A DNA stretch of 64,000 nucleotides. Origin: Sarea resinae. Taxonomy: Eukaryota. Made by a program: the position numbers and the translations under genes. The stretch lies in NCBI GenBank assembly GCA_026026165.1, contig JAPEUD010000017.1, positions 1-64,000 of the forward strand. The letters are read 5' to 3'. The notes below the pieces were generated by a model. The model saw nothing but the letters and a program-made list of their open reading frames with translations, was not told the DNA's origin and ran no database searches. Below, in pieces: positions 1-11,930 of this stretch (the first letter of the stretch is position 1; each line of letters opens with the position of its first letter).

Positions 1-14
1 TGTATAAGAGACAG
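1..14 (+). other. Tn5 mosaic end / Nextera adapter remnant (probable assembly artefact)
   Basis: TGTATAAGAGACAG is identical to the last 14 nt of the Tn5 ME AGATGTGTATAAGAGACAG and sits at the very start of the sequence. Confidence 0.8.
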
Positions 15-416
15 GGGGCGTTGCGCTGATGCTTCACTTGCTTTGCCTGCTGTTTCTTCACTCGCTATGCTCGCTGGCTGTTCCTTCACAGGCGGGTTCT
101 TCTTGTTGATCAGTTTGTTTGTTGATTATTTCCTTCTTACTCTGCTACTCTGGTACCCTGCAGGGCGGAGGGGTATGGTGGTGCCGGTGGTGGCGGTGGT
201 GGTGAAGGGGAGAGGGGGGAGGGGGGAGGGAGAGGTGAAGGCAGAGGGGTGGAGTAGGGTGGTGAATAGACGGCAACGCAGTGAATGGCACGGCGCGCAC
301 GCTCGTCACAGACGCCAGAGAGGCAAGAGAAATGAATGAATACCTTAGATAGATGAACGCGTCAGTGAAACGATCCATCACCTGTCCATCAACAACCCCA
401 GGAACAAGTGAACGGC

Positions 417-424
417 TATAAAAG
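417..424 (+). promoter_or_regulatory. TATA box upstream of the 709 ORF
   Basis: TATAAAAG followed by a CT-rich tract (449-480), a typical fungal core promoter layout. Confidence 0.45.
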
Positions 425-708
425 AGAACCAAAATAGAAACCCAGCACTTTCTCTCTTTCTTTCTTTTCTGCCTCTATCGTGGCTTTTCTCGCTCTACGG
501 ACTCGACATCAAACAACAAGCAATCAGTATCGAGCGATTGGATTCCGCCATCTTTTGGCATTCAGGTGTCGTGAATATCTTGGTCTGGAGACAGGAAGAG
601 AGGAAGGACACTGAAGGGATCTCAAGAGTTGCTTGACTCGTCGGAGAGAATCGAAGTCGACGCACGCACACACTTGGAAATCACTTCAGGAGACAACGTA
701 TCGAATAG

Positions 709-2070
709 ATGACATCTCCCAGTCTCCCAGCCGGCGGACGGAGGCGCGGACGGGCCTCCGACTTGGACGGGGACGTTGGTAGCAGCATCACCGTAAGCAG
801 CACCACCGCGGCCTCGACATACACAGCTTCGGCTTCCATAGCTTCGGCCTCGACATTGACAGCCACGACTCGAAGACACGCGCCGGTGCTTCACACCCGC
901 TTCCTCGACATCACAATCCACACGGCCAAATGCGACATCTGCAACGCGAGGAACAAAGGCATCCTGAAGCGGTGTGCCGATTGCGGATTGTCCATCTGTG
1001 CGGCATGCTGGGCGGATCAAATGAGTCAGGATGGGCAGGTTGGGTCTCATGTCATCAATGCTGGGGATAGCGGATGGACGATTGAGAGGGCCAGGATGGT
1101 CGCTGCTGCTGCTTCGATTGAGGAGAGGGGCGCTGGGGGACCCGGGAGGAAGAATGCGGCTGGGAGGGGGAGAGGTAGAGGTACGGCAAACATAAACGTT
1201 GGGAGGGGAGTAACGGCACGTGGGAGGTCGAAGGGGAAGGGGGTTGCGGGCAGGGGAGGTAGTAAAGGGAAAGGCAGGGGAAAGGGCAAGGAGACAGCTA
1301 TTGAGGTCTCATCTGACGAGGAAGATACGGAAGAGGAAATGGAAGAAGACACCGAAGAGGAGACTGAAGAAGAGAGTGAAGCTGAAGACGACGGCGACGA
1401 AACAACTTCGGTACCAAAATCGCCAGAAATTCCGGGCTCACATACCACTCTTCATTCTTCGCCTCCGGCGCTTCCACCTTCGTCCGCCCCCCGCGGATAT
1501 CCACGGCACGCCCCACTATCCTCGCCCCGCGCCCCGCCATTCTCGGATTCCGCTGTTCTGTCCTCGCCCCCACCTCTCCCGCTCTTGCCCTTATATGTCC
1601 CGCCAGCTCGTCGTTTTTCGACCAGAACAACAGCTTCATCTGGAAAAGCACGACATGAAACAGGTTCAGACCAGTCCTACCACTCGAGCTCGGAACACTC
1701 ATCACTTCTCTTACTCCTTGCCGCGGCCGAGGAACTCGACCGACAGGAGAGATCTGATTCCCCATCGCCCTCGTCATCACCGCCTCCACCACCATCGTCA
1801 CCACCTCCACCGGCGCGGGCCGAACATGCCACCATCATAGCCCCAACGCACGCTGCCTCCGTTATCCCCGAGAGAACGAGGAAGAGACCAGCAGACGAGG
1901 TCACTGATGATAGGGCTCAAGATGCGATCAAGAGGAGACTCACCGCGGCCGTGCGAAGGCCGGTGAAGGAGAGCGAACGTCCCGGTAGCGCTGAGCGACC
2001 TACCATGGGACCACCGCCTCCGCCGGCTCGTCCGGCTCGTCCCTCGTCTGCTTGGCGAGAGGCTCTGTAG
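709..2070 (+). CDS. Hypothetical protein with Cys-rich zinc finger, RGG/GRG-rich region and acidic tract
   Basis: Intronless 453-aa ORF with CDIC-x10-CADC-x4-CAAC, GRGRG repeats, an E/D-rich run and a Pro/Ser-rich C-terminus. Confidence 0.65.
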   Translation: MTSPSLPAGGRRRGRASDLDGDVGSSITVSSTTAASTYTASASIASASTLTATTRRHAPVLHTRFLDITIHTAKCDICNARNKGILKRCADCGLSICAACWADQMSQDGQVGSHVINAGDSGWTIERARMVAAAASIEERGAGGPGRKNAAGRGRGRGTANINVGRGVTARGRSKGKGVAGRGGSKGKGRGKGKETAIEVSSDEEDTEEEMEEDTEEETEEESEAEDDGDETTSVPKSPEIPGSHTTLHSSPPALPPSSAPRGYPRHAPLSSPRAPPFSDSAVLSSPPPLPLLPLYVPPARRFSTRTTASSGKARHETGSDQSYHSSSEHSSLLLLLAAAEELDRQERSDSPSPSSSPPPPPSSPPPPARAEHATIIAPTHAASVIPERTRKRPADEVTDDRAQDAIKRRLTAAVRRPVKESERPGSAERPTMGPPPPPARPARPSSAWREAL

Positions 2071-3609
2071 AGGATGTTGATGATTGATCGATCAGCTTCT
2101 TCAACTGATTTACGATCAAAGAATCATGGAAACTCAAATGTGTTGAACCCTGTAACGAGGTTAACTCTGACAGCTTTGAGAGAGGGATTAGATTGGATCG
2201 AAAGACGGCGACTTTGACAGAGTGTATGGACCGGGAGATGCATGATAGGAGGGCAGAAATTGGATGTGATTTCGACTTGTGTTTTTCCTTGTTTCGTTGT
2301 AAATCGAGATAGCGACAAAGAACGGAGACACGACGTGGAGGATTACATGGAATTGCCCAATTTAGGACAGATGTGAGGGTAATGGCACGGTAGAGGCGGA
2401 GTGTGGGAAACGGTAGAGGCGTGACAAGACATACATTTCCTTGACATCATTCACGAGTAACAATTTCGATATAAATGCAAATTGCGCGCCCTGCACATGC
2501 ATGCTTTGTGTGCAAATACTTTGTACCGTAGGGTCGAACGAGAACCCGAGGTTCATACTCAAGGTGGACGTAGACGCTTGTTAGTATCCTTAGACAAAAT
2601 GTGTCATCCCATGGACGCAAAGTGGCCCGCGGAACGCAACAGGCCCACAGATCGCGACAGATCCAAGATGGTGACTTTGCAGGTGGCCTGTAAACGCCCT
2701 CGGCGTCGTGATGGAAGGGATAAGATGACAGGTCTGTGACTCGGAAGAGATTGCGCCCAGACGTGAAAGAATCAATCGACACTATTCTCTGCAGGGAGAA
2801 GAATCAAGAGCCAAGGTATGTAGAGAGGGTACTGTCCACAAAGACTGACAAAGGGCCCTCTCTCAGTCTCTAAGAACAGACAAAGGAAGAAGATGTCAAA
2901 GAACGTGAACTCTACCTCGAGTCCATCTTCTCACTCTCTAATATCAACAGAGCCAAGGTCAATGTGATGGCATGCATTAGTTTGTGGGTCCTGCAACTGC
3001 CCTTGACAGGGGAAATCATTGCACGAGCTACGCAGGTTTACAATCCGTAGATGAGCCGACAGAGAGGATCGTTCACGGTCAGCGTCGTCGCATCGTAGAC
3101 GTCCGTGAGATCTGTAAGATTGGACTCGGAATGGCGGTGTGCCCCTGCATGCCCCTGTGTGCCCCTGCATCAGGAGATGCCGTGGTGACGCACGCCGTTC
3201 CGTTGATCAAAGTGTGGAAAGATACAAAAGGCCGTGGCATCTCTCTCTCTTCTCCGCCAGGTTTGGGCGGAAGAAGGAGAGCGAGGAGGAAGAGATGTGG
3301 GATCGCTAACGGCGGGTAACGAGCGTCGCGACCGGTCACATCGTCAAACCACAGAAATGCAACCCCCCTGGACTATCCTCACCACTTTCGGATGCACAAT
3401 GGGCGAACTCGAAAACCACTTTACGCGTACAGGCATGGAAGAGCGCGGTTTGCGGTTCAATGATGCTGTCATCTGTCATCCCATGCCCAGAGCCCCGGCC
3501 GGAACAGGCAGTCTAGTCGGCGGCGGCCATGGCTTGCTTGTTGGGCGGAAATTGGCCTGCTCGGCAGGATGGGAAGGGAGGATGATTGATGATAGAGCAG
3601 CTGAAGTGC

Positions 3610-3618
3610 ATATAAAAG
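3610..3618 (+). promoter_or_regulatory. TATA box upstream of the dynamin gene
   Basis: ATATAAAAG about 370 bp upstream of ATG 3987, followed by a pyrimidine-rich leader. Confidence 0.35.
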
Positions 3619-3986
3619 GGCCGACGATGACCCTCTGCATCTTCCATGTAATCTGAAAACCAGCCTATTCAATCTTCTTCCTCCATGCTTATGTCGTCGC
3701 AATTATCCCATTGACCAAGTGCAGTGAATCGTGCAGGTCTGATATTGTTTTGGGAGCCTGGTTACCGTCCCATCTCTACCCGGGCAGCTCATAACTCACG
3801 GCTCTACCACTCACCTCACCTTCATCGTCTTACCATTTGATCTCTCTTCGTTCATTTCTTCCTGCAAGTGTGAGCTTCCGAACCCATTTGCAGCCCGACA
3901 CACTCTTTGCTCGAGCCTGCATCTACACAACTTAAAAGCCGATCTCTTCCTGACTTTCATCCTTCAACCCTCAATACTCTTTCTTC

Positions 3987-6900
3987 ATGACTTCTCGAAG
4001 ATCAACCACCCGAAAGCCTCTGGCTCGCGCTTCGAACTTAAACACTATGACTGGGTCATCTCCTATGGCGGCTGACAGTCCATCCGAGGGCCGGCCAGCG
4101 AGTCCCACTGAGACCATCGCCGATGGTGATAGTAAGGCTCAGGTCCTCCGCGGCAGTCAAGACATCGTGATGCTAGACGAAGGCAACCTCACCACAGAGT
4201 CGAACGACGTCGACCCAGCAGCCATTCCCGGTAAGCGCAAGCAAGCTAGGCAATCTCAATATCACTTGCCAAACACGCTAACAGATTTGAAGATGCCTTA
4301 GATCAGTTGCGCCATGCTGCACGGCTGCCGGTACCATCTGATAGCGGGCAAGGCACCGAGAGTCCCACGAACCAACTTCACAGCGAGCTTGAATCAGATG
4401 GGCTTGAGATCATGGGACGAGGCTTGAAGAAATTTGTACGAGCTATCAACGAGCTACGCCGACTCGGAGTCGAAGACCTTGTCCTTCCTTTGCCCAAGAT
4501 CGTGGTTGTCGGTGACCAGAGTACAGGAAAGAGCTCGGTAAGTCGGCAAATTCACCTCTTCGAGGCTCAGGACTGCCAGTACTAATGTTTCCGTAGCTTA
4601 TCGAAGCTATCTCAGAGATCAAAGTCCCTCGCAACGTTGGCACTTGTACGCGTTGTCCTCTGGAGATCAACATCATCGAGAGCCAAAATGCAAGCTCGAA
4701 ATGGACCTGCAAGGTTTCACTTCACAAGAAGTACATTCATGATGGCTCTGCGGATTCTAAGATGAAGCGTTCCAAAAACAAAACTTCTGGCATTTCCAAT
4801 GCTCGTCCCCTTGGGCCTTGGATATTACAGGAGCCCGAGGATTTCCTCTTCGCTGAGCTGTTCGATAAAGACGAAGTTGAGGCAGCCCTCTATCTGGCTC
4901 AGCAGGCCATTCTCAATCCCGGCAGTCCCCATGAGAAGTACATGCCTGGACCAGATTCGGAAATTTTGCAAGAAGAAGATGCTCAAGTGAAGTTCTCGCC
5001 GAACGTGGTGCGTCTGGATATCTCGGGACCAGGGTTGCCCAATCTATCCTTCTACGATTTGCCAGGCGTCATCAATACGGCCGAGACTGAAGAGGAAGAG
5101 TATCTCGTTCACCTGGTGAGAAACTTGGTCAAGGAATACATCAAGGCTGATAACTGTATCAATCTGATTGCCCTTCCCATGACAGATGATGCTGCAAACT
5201 CGAGTGCTGCTGGAATCATTCGAGACGTTCGCGCTCAAGGGAGAACCATTGGTGAGAGAAATATCTTGCAACCGCTTCAAACGCATAGTGGCTAATGAGT
5301 CATCTTATATCGATAGGGGTCTTGACAAAACCTGATCGAATTCCGCGAGGAGACCCTTACGATCAGTGGCAACGGATCCTTCACGGCGAGCAGTATCAAT
5401 TGGGCCATGGCTATTATGTCACCAAACAGCCTGCGCAGGCGAGCCTAGCAGCCGGCATCACTCATGCTCAAGCTCGCGCTGAGGAAACCCACTTTTTTGC
5501 AACTACTGAGCCCTGGGCCTCTGAGCTTGCGCAGTATCGTGAGCGTTTCGGGACAATGAGATTGCAGACCGATCTATCGCGTCTACTTACGGCCCAGATC
5601 CAACAAAGGTTTGCAAAATGCTCGAGCAATGATCTTCTGACACTGATAAGTGGCTAACGATGAGCAGCCTTCCCTACATCAACGAGCAGGTCCGGAAGAA
5701 GGCCGAATCGATCGAGATTGAGCTCGCGAGCCTACCAGAGCCCCCGGCTGACAATCTTCCTATGATGCTCATGATGAAAATGAACACCTTGAATGAAGAA
5801 GTCAATCGTTTTATTGATGGCGGCTATCCGAACAACGGCTTTCAAAAGGCCTGGCACCAGCTCACCAGGGCCTTCGGACAATCGATTACAGATTCTGCTC
5901 CAGTTCTGGAATTCCGCGTGCCTATGAAGGTCCGAAAACCAGAGTCTCCTGAAGCAAATGAAGACAAGAATGAGAATTCTTCTGCCATGCCGCCCATGCC
6001 ATACCGGCCGCACGCCCCAACGGTGATTAGTATTGATTCCGAAGATGAGAATCAGTGCAAACCAGAACCCAAAACCCCTACGTCTTCAAGGAAGAGATCA
6101 CGCGAATCAGTCGCAAATACAACTCCTTTCAGCACGCCAAGCAAGAGACGGAACGTTGAAGGACGAGGTGCATTTGCCTCTGTGAGAGGTAAGATATACA
6201 AATTCTTTTCACAGTGAAGGTTTTCTAATTCAATCCATAGGACTCGCCAAAAAATTCACGATTCGAGATGTACGCGAATTCATCTTGGACGCACGTGCTG
6301 CTGGAATTCCGAACCAAGTAGATCCAAAGGCTATCGAACGGTTAAGCCAGGAGAGCATGTCGCACTGGAGCACGCCCATGAAGGAGATCCTGAGCCTCAC
6401 CGACAAGATGCTAGAAAACCAAGTTTTCGAAATACTAGATGACGTTCTCGGACCCTGGAAGTCGACAGCCCTATTCAAGGAGGCTTCAACCATCATTCAT
6501 CGATTCTTAGAGCACATTTCAGAGGAGCAACGAAGATATGCGCAGCGTCTTTACGAACTGGAACAGCTGAAGCCGCTGACGGTGAACAAAGACCATACAA
6601 AGTTCCAGCATCAAGCTTTTGGTGCCTTGAAAGCTCGCCGGAATGAGATACGCATCAACAAGTTCCTTGATCAGGAAGAAGCCAGAGCAGGGAAGGAGAT
6701 GAACCCGAATGAGAGGGCCAACAAGGTCAACAAGATGGGAGAGCAAATCTTGAAGCAAATAGGCGCTGATCCAGCTCATGAAGAAATCCATACAATGTCG
6801 GTGGTCCTCGGCTATTACAATATTGCTTCCAGCCGATTCGTGGATTCTATTTGCCTCGGGATTCAAGGGCACCTTCTTGTTACCTTCCGCAACGGCATCC

Positions 6901-7170
6901 TCATTAAGTTGATCGAGGGGCTCGGAATCATGGCTCCGGATGGTAGGTTACTGTTGACGGTCTGAAGGCGGCTATCTTGCTAACTATCACTTCTCTCTAG
7001 CTCAAGAGCGCTGCGCACAGCTTATGGCCGAAGACCCTCAGAGAGAAATACGACGTGCACAACTCAAACGGGAGAGGGAGACCCTCAACAAGGCGCAAGA
7101 CTGGCTCGCCGCCCTCGGTGCCGATTCTGCGGACGTTTCGAGCGACGATGGCTTGTTTGTAGACATGTGA
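3987..7170 (+). CDS. Dynamin-superfamily GTPase, Mx-like (7 exons)
   Basis: G1 LPKIVVVGDQSTGKSS|LIE, G2 GTCTRCP, G3 DLPG, G4 TKPD and a C-terminal GED (LMAEDP..RRAQLKRERETL). GT-AG introns at about 4231-4300, 4538-4596, 5252-5316, 5609-5667, 6189-6240 and 6943-7000 join the ORF fragments; TGA ends at 7170. Confidence 0.9.
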
Positions 7171-7749
7171 TCATGATGCTAAAGCTCATATTTGACTCTT
7201 ATCCTTTTGTCTGGAGGTTGGGTATTCTAAAGGCTCTGAAGAAGGATGCAATTGTCCCGTCGTCTCAACCAAAGCTGGAGTTCTGGGCTATGGCGCTTGG
7301 ATATCTGTAAGAGAGTGGAGAGCGTGGCGCTCCCGAAGAAGGTCACCTTCATAGACAATTTCATTAAATATCAAGATTTCTTTCATAGCAGTTGAATAAA
7401 AGGGAATCTTGAATTGAAAACAAATCCCCTTGAATTTTGAAGAGCGTCAACACGACTTCTAGGAAAAGGGGTGGTCTTGAATTATAGGTCAAGGTACGAG
7501 TACTGTACGAAAATACTGAAATGATCGACGTAGGGAATGCGGTAAAGCGAAAGCAGCCGACCGAAAGAAATCTTGGCGTTTTCGACTCAACCCAACCCCA
7601 CCATCACACACACATCCCACATTTTAGAGTCACAGACGAACCATCCGTCAATTTACATACAACGGTGCCATATATTGATTCCCTCATAATATTTCAGTCA
7701 TCACTGACTATCGTCTAGACTAGGTAATACCTAGCGCTCCACAACGACC

Positions 7750-9717
7750 ATGGCGGACTCCGCAGAGCAGCTACAGAATTTGCATCTTGACGAGGTGACT
7801 GGTGAGAAGGTCTCTAAATCGGAATTGAAGAAGCGCCAGAAGCAGCGCGCCCAGGCCGAGAAGAAGAAGGAAAAGGCTGCGGCCGCTCCTCCCAAGGCCG
7901 CCAAGACCGCAAATGCTGAAGAGGAAGAGAGCAATCTGACGCCGAATGTAAGTCTCGAGTGCCCCGCCCTCTTATCGGCTTTTTGTATCTTTCGCGAAGG
8001 CACGCTAATGGTGGGTTGACAGCAATATTTCGAAATTCGCTCCAAGAAGATCCAGGAGCTCCGAACCTCAAGAGCGCCCAACCCATATCCACACAAGTTC
8101 CAGGTCAATACTGATTTGCGAGAGTTTGTCAAGGAGTACGAATCCTTGAAGACGGGCGAGCATCGCAAAGATGTTGAGGTCTGCGTCGGAGGAAGAATAT
8201 ACACCAAGCGTGCCTCTGGCTCCAAGCTAGTCTTCTACGACATTCGCGCAGAAGGACAGAAGATCCAGGTGATGTGCCAGGCACAGGAGGCTACTGGAGA
8301 TGTACCTTTCGAGGACCAGCACGAGCCGCTGAGGAGAGGAGATATCGTTGGCATAATCGGATACCCGGGGCGCACTCAACCGCGGAATCGTCCGGACGGA
8401 GAGCTTTCGATCTTCGCCAAGCAGGTCATCCTGCTCACACCTTGCCTGCACCAACTTCCTGGAGAGTACTACGGCTTCAAGGACCAAGAGCAAAGACACC
8501 GACAGCGATACTTGGATCTGATCATGAACGATTCTACACGCAACGTCTTCATCACTCGCTCCAAGATGGTCAGCTATATTCGTCGTTACTTTGATGACCG
8601 CGATTTCGTCGAAGTCGAGACCCCTATGATGAACGCCATTGCTGGCGGCGCAACTGCCAAGCCTTTCGTCACTCACCACAACGACCTCAACATGGACCTG
8701 TTCATGCGTGTTGCGCCAGAATTGTACCTCAAGCAGCTGATTGTCGGTGGGCTCGAGAGAGTCTACGAAATGGGCCGTCAATTCCGGAACGAGGGCATCG
8801 ACTTGACCCACAACCCCGAATTCACGACCTGCGAGTTTTACATGGCCTACGCCGACGTCTACGACGTCATGGACATGACCGAGGACCTCGTCTCCGGCCT
8901 CGTCAAGCACGTCACCGGCTCCTACCAAACCACTTTCCACACTCAAACCGGCGAAGAGTACCAGGTGAACTGGCAGAAGCCGTGGAAGCGCATCGAGATG
9001 ATTCCGGCCCTCGAAGAAGCCACGGGCGAGAAGTTCCCCCCGGGAACCGAACTCCACACCATGGAAACCAACGAGTTCCTCAAGCGCGTGCTGAAGAAAG
9101 TCAACGTCGATTGCTCGCCGCCTCAGACCAACGCGCGCATGCTCGACAAGCTGGTCGGCGAGTTCATCGAGGAGACCTGTGTCAACCCGACGTTTATCAC
9201 GGGCCACCCGCAGATGATGTCGCCGCTGGCCAAATACCACCGCACGAACCCGGGGCTCTGCGAGCGCTTCGAGGCCTTTGTGTGCAAGAAGGAGATCGTC
9301 AACGCGTACACGGAGCTGAACGACCCGTTCGACCAGCGCCTGCGCTTCGAGGAGCAGGCCCGCCAGAAGGACCAGGGCGACGACGAGGCCCAGATGATCG
9401 ACGAGAACTTCTGCACCAGTCTCGAGTACGGCCTGCCGCCGACGGGCGGCTGGGGCATGGGCATCGATCGCCTCGTCATGTTCTTGACCGACAACTACAG
9501 CATCAAGGAGGTCTTGGCCTTTCCGTTCATGAAGGACGACCGGCAGGAGAAGAAGTCCGCGGCTGAGGTCGTCGGCGTCAAGCCCGAGCCTGAAGAGGGT
9601 ATTCGTGAGTTTCCCGTCTACCTCCCACCCCCTGTTTCTACTCCTCTGTGCGTTTGGAGGCCTTGTGGGAAATCGAAGCTAACGATTGCGACTTCTTTGG
9701 AAATAGCTCACAAATAA
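7750..9717 (+). CDS. KRS1: Cytoplasmic lysyl-tRNA synthetase (class II)
   Basis: [11 protein letters not shown]-terminus, YPHKF, OB-fold, motif 2 [14 protein letters not shown] and motif 3 [15 protein letters not shown]. Introns 7948-8022 and 9605-9706. Confidence 0.97.
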
Positions 9718-10152
9718 ACGCGTCGATCGGCCAGGTCAGCTCCCATCTGGCTGATGATGCCGGGTACAGACTAAATGATCATGATGATTCCACGACGGCT
9801 GGCCTCATGAAGAGGGACTACCGAACGAAAAGATGGGCCGTTCTTTCGAATCGATGGGGGGGAAAAAAGAACGAATCTCGAATTAAGAGCTCCGCCGATG
9901 TTTGTTTCACGGTCTTTCTTGCTTGCTTGATTGGTGGGAGGGGAGGGGAGGGGAGGGATTTACTTTGTCAGTGGTAGACAATCTAGATAGATGAAAAAGC
10001 GATACGAAGTCCCCCAAAAAGGAAAATCCAATCAATCTTTGTTGCAATCTAAGAAGAAAGACTTTGTCTGCCGGTTTTCTTCCACGAACGAGTTCCTTTG
10101 CTTGCCTTTCCTTTCCATGCTATCCCTTTCTTTGCCCCGTATATGACATTCA

Positions 10153-10156
<4 letters not shown>

Positions 10157-10203
<47 letters not shown>
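10157..10203. repeat. (AC)n microsatellite, about 23 units
   Basis: Perfect dinucleotide run between the convergent KRS1 and COX15 genes. Confidence 0.95.
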
Positions 10204-10204
<1 letters not shown>

Positions 10205-10312
10205 GACGCGTATATCACAGCCACACGTTCCGTCCCTCCACTCGATCCAAGCGCTCCACCGGTCTGGTGTCTACCTCGAGAGGCAGAGCATGCGAAGATG
10301 CCGCACTTTCTA

Positions 10313-11930
10313 TCAAGACGTCGTCGACGACAACGGCGCCTTCTCACTAGCCATCATGCCGGGACCCCTCTGCACGGGTCTGGGCCCGCCCCTGGCCAAG
10401 CGCTCCGCCACCATCTTCATGGTGCGCTTCGGCACGGTGATGCGACTGCACAGCACGATGGCGCCGGTCAGAAGGGCGAGGCTGCCGGCCTGGTGGGCGG
10501 CGGCCAGGGGCGTCGGCACGAGGTAGATCAGCGTGCTGATGCCCAGGGCGACCTGCATGCCGACGAGGTGGATCAGGCCCATGGTGCCCTTCTTGGCGGC
10601 GCGCGGCAGGGCGGCGCTCAGGCGCGGCGAGAAGCGCGTGTAGGCATACAGGGCCAGGATGGCGGCCGTCGTCGTCGTGGCTAGGATCCGGTGGTTCAGC
10701 TGCACCAGCGACGGGTTCTCCAGCATGTTGCGCCACACCAGGTCCTTGCCGTCTGGGTCGCGCGCGTAGAAGTCCGACCAGAGCTCCGACTTGGGCGGTG
10801 TCAGGCCCAGGCCCATCTTGGGGAATTCGTTGTAGATCAGGCCGGCGTCGAGGCCGGCGACGAGGCCGCCCGACATGGCGGTCGTGAAGATCAGGATCGA
10901 GAGCAGGCCGACGAGCGGCCGGTAGAGCTTGAGTGGCGACGACTTGAGCGTGCCGATCAGCTCCGTGGCCGCGGCCGGGTCGTTGATCATGCGGTGCTGG
11001 CGCAGGATGGCGAGGCCGTTCCAGAGCATGGCGGTGTAGCAGACGAAGGCGGTGCCAAGGTGGGCCGTGAGCCGGTACTGGCTAACGCGCGGGTGCGAGC
11101 CCGGCGCGAACAGGTCGTCCTTGAGGCCCGAACTGACCATGTACCAACCGAGGAAGCCCTGGAAGCCGATGAGGCCGCAGATGCCGAGGAGGCGGAATGC
11201 CATGGGCTTCGACACACGGCGGCGCGCGATGAAGTAGAAGGTCGGCAGCAGCACGCCCAGGCCTAGCACCCGGCCCCAGATCCGGTGTGTCCATTCCATG
11301 TAGTAGATCTTCTTGAACTCGTCGACGTCCATGTGCGGGTTCAGCAGCTTGAATTCGGGGGAGGATTTGTATTTGGTGAATTCCGCCTCCCAGTCGGCCG
11401 TGTTCAAGGGGGGTAGGGAACCGGTTACCGGCTTCCATTCGGTGATGCTGAGACTATAGAGAGGGGCAGTCGTGGTTAGTTGACTGATAAGCCGAAGAGA
11501 TGAAAAAGTAAGAGTGCAAAGGGGATTCATACCCAGATTCCGTCAGCCTGGTCAGACCTCCGAATACCACGATGCCGAAGACTGCGGCGGCGCTGCCGAA
11601 GAGGAAGTAGGCGACCTTCTTATCGCTGGTCTCCGGGAACGACGACTTGCTCGCGACGGCATCGGTGGCGACAGCTTCCCGGGCCTCATTGCCAATTGTC
11701 TTGCCCAACGAGCCCAGAGGAGTCGACGACTGTCTGGAAGCGGCTCCGGAACGCGTCGAGTTGGCACGGAAGGCCTGCAGGAAAGGAGACCTTCGGACCG
11801 GGGCGGCAGCCGTCGACCACGGGCGGGCCGGGGGCGCCTTGGTCAGGCATTGGCGACAGGTGAAGAATTCTTTCGACACGGCGGGGCCTGCGCTCCGCAG
11901 GGCGCGGAACGTCTGCAGAAGGGACGCCAT
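10313..11930 (-). CDS. COX15: Heme A synthase / cytochrome c oxidase assembly protein
   Basis: GGLTRLTESG|LSITEWKP across intron 11454-11532, EWTHRIWGR, RVSQYRLTAHL, GGLVAGLDAG and AAHQAG; Arg/Ser-rich mitochondrial presequence. Confidence 0.96.

Noticed and set aside
8227..9240. 337-aa antisense ORF over KRS1, and similar shadow ORFs over COX15, GMPP, CTR86 and MTQ2
   Set aside because: Explained by strong GC3 bias of the sense gene, which removes antisense stop codons; no domain evidence.
10064..10684. ORFs containing HTHTHT or CVCVCV runs
   Set aside because: Translations of the (AC)n microsatellite and of the COX15 antisense strand.
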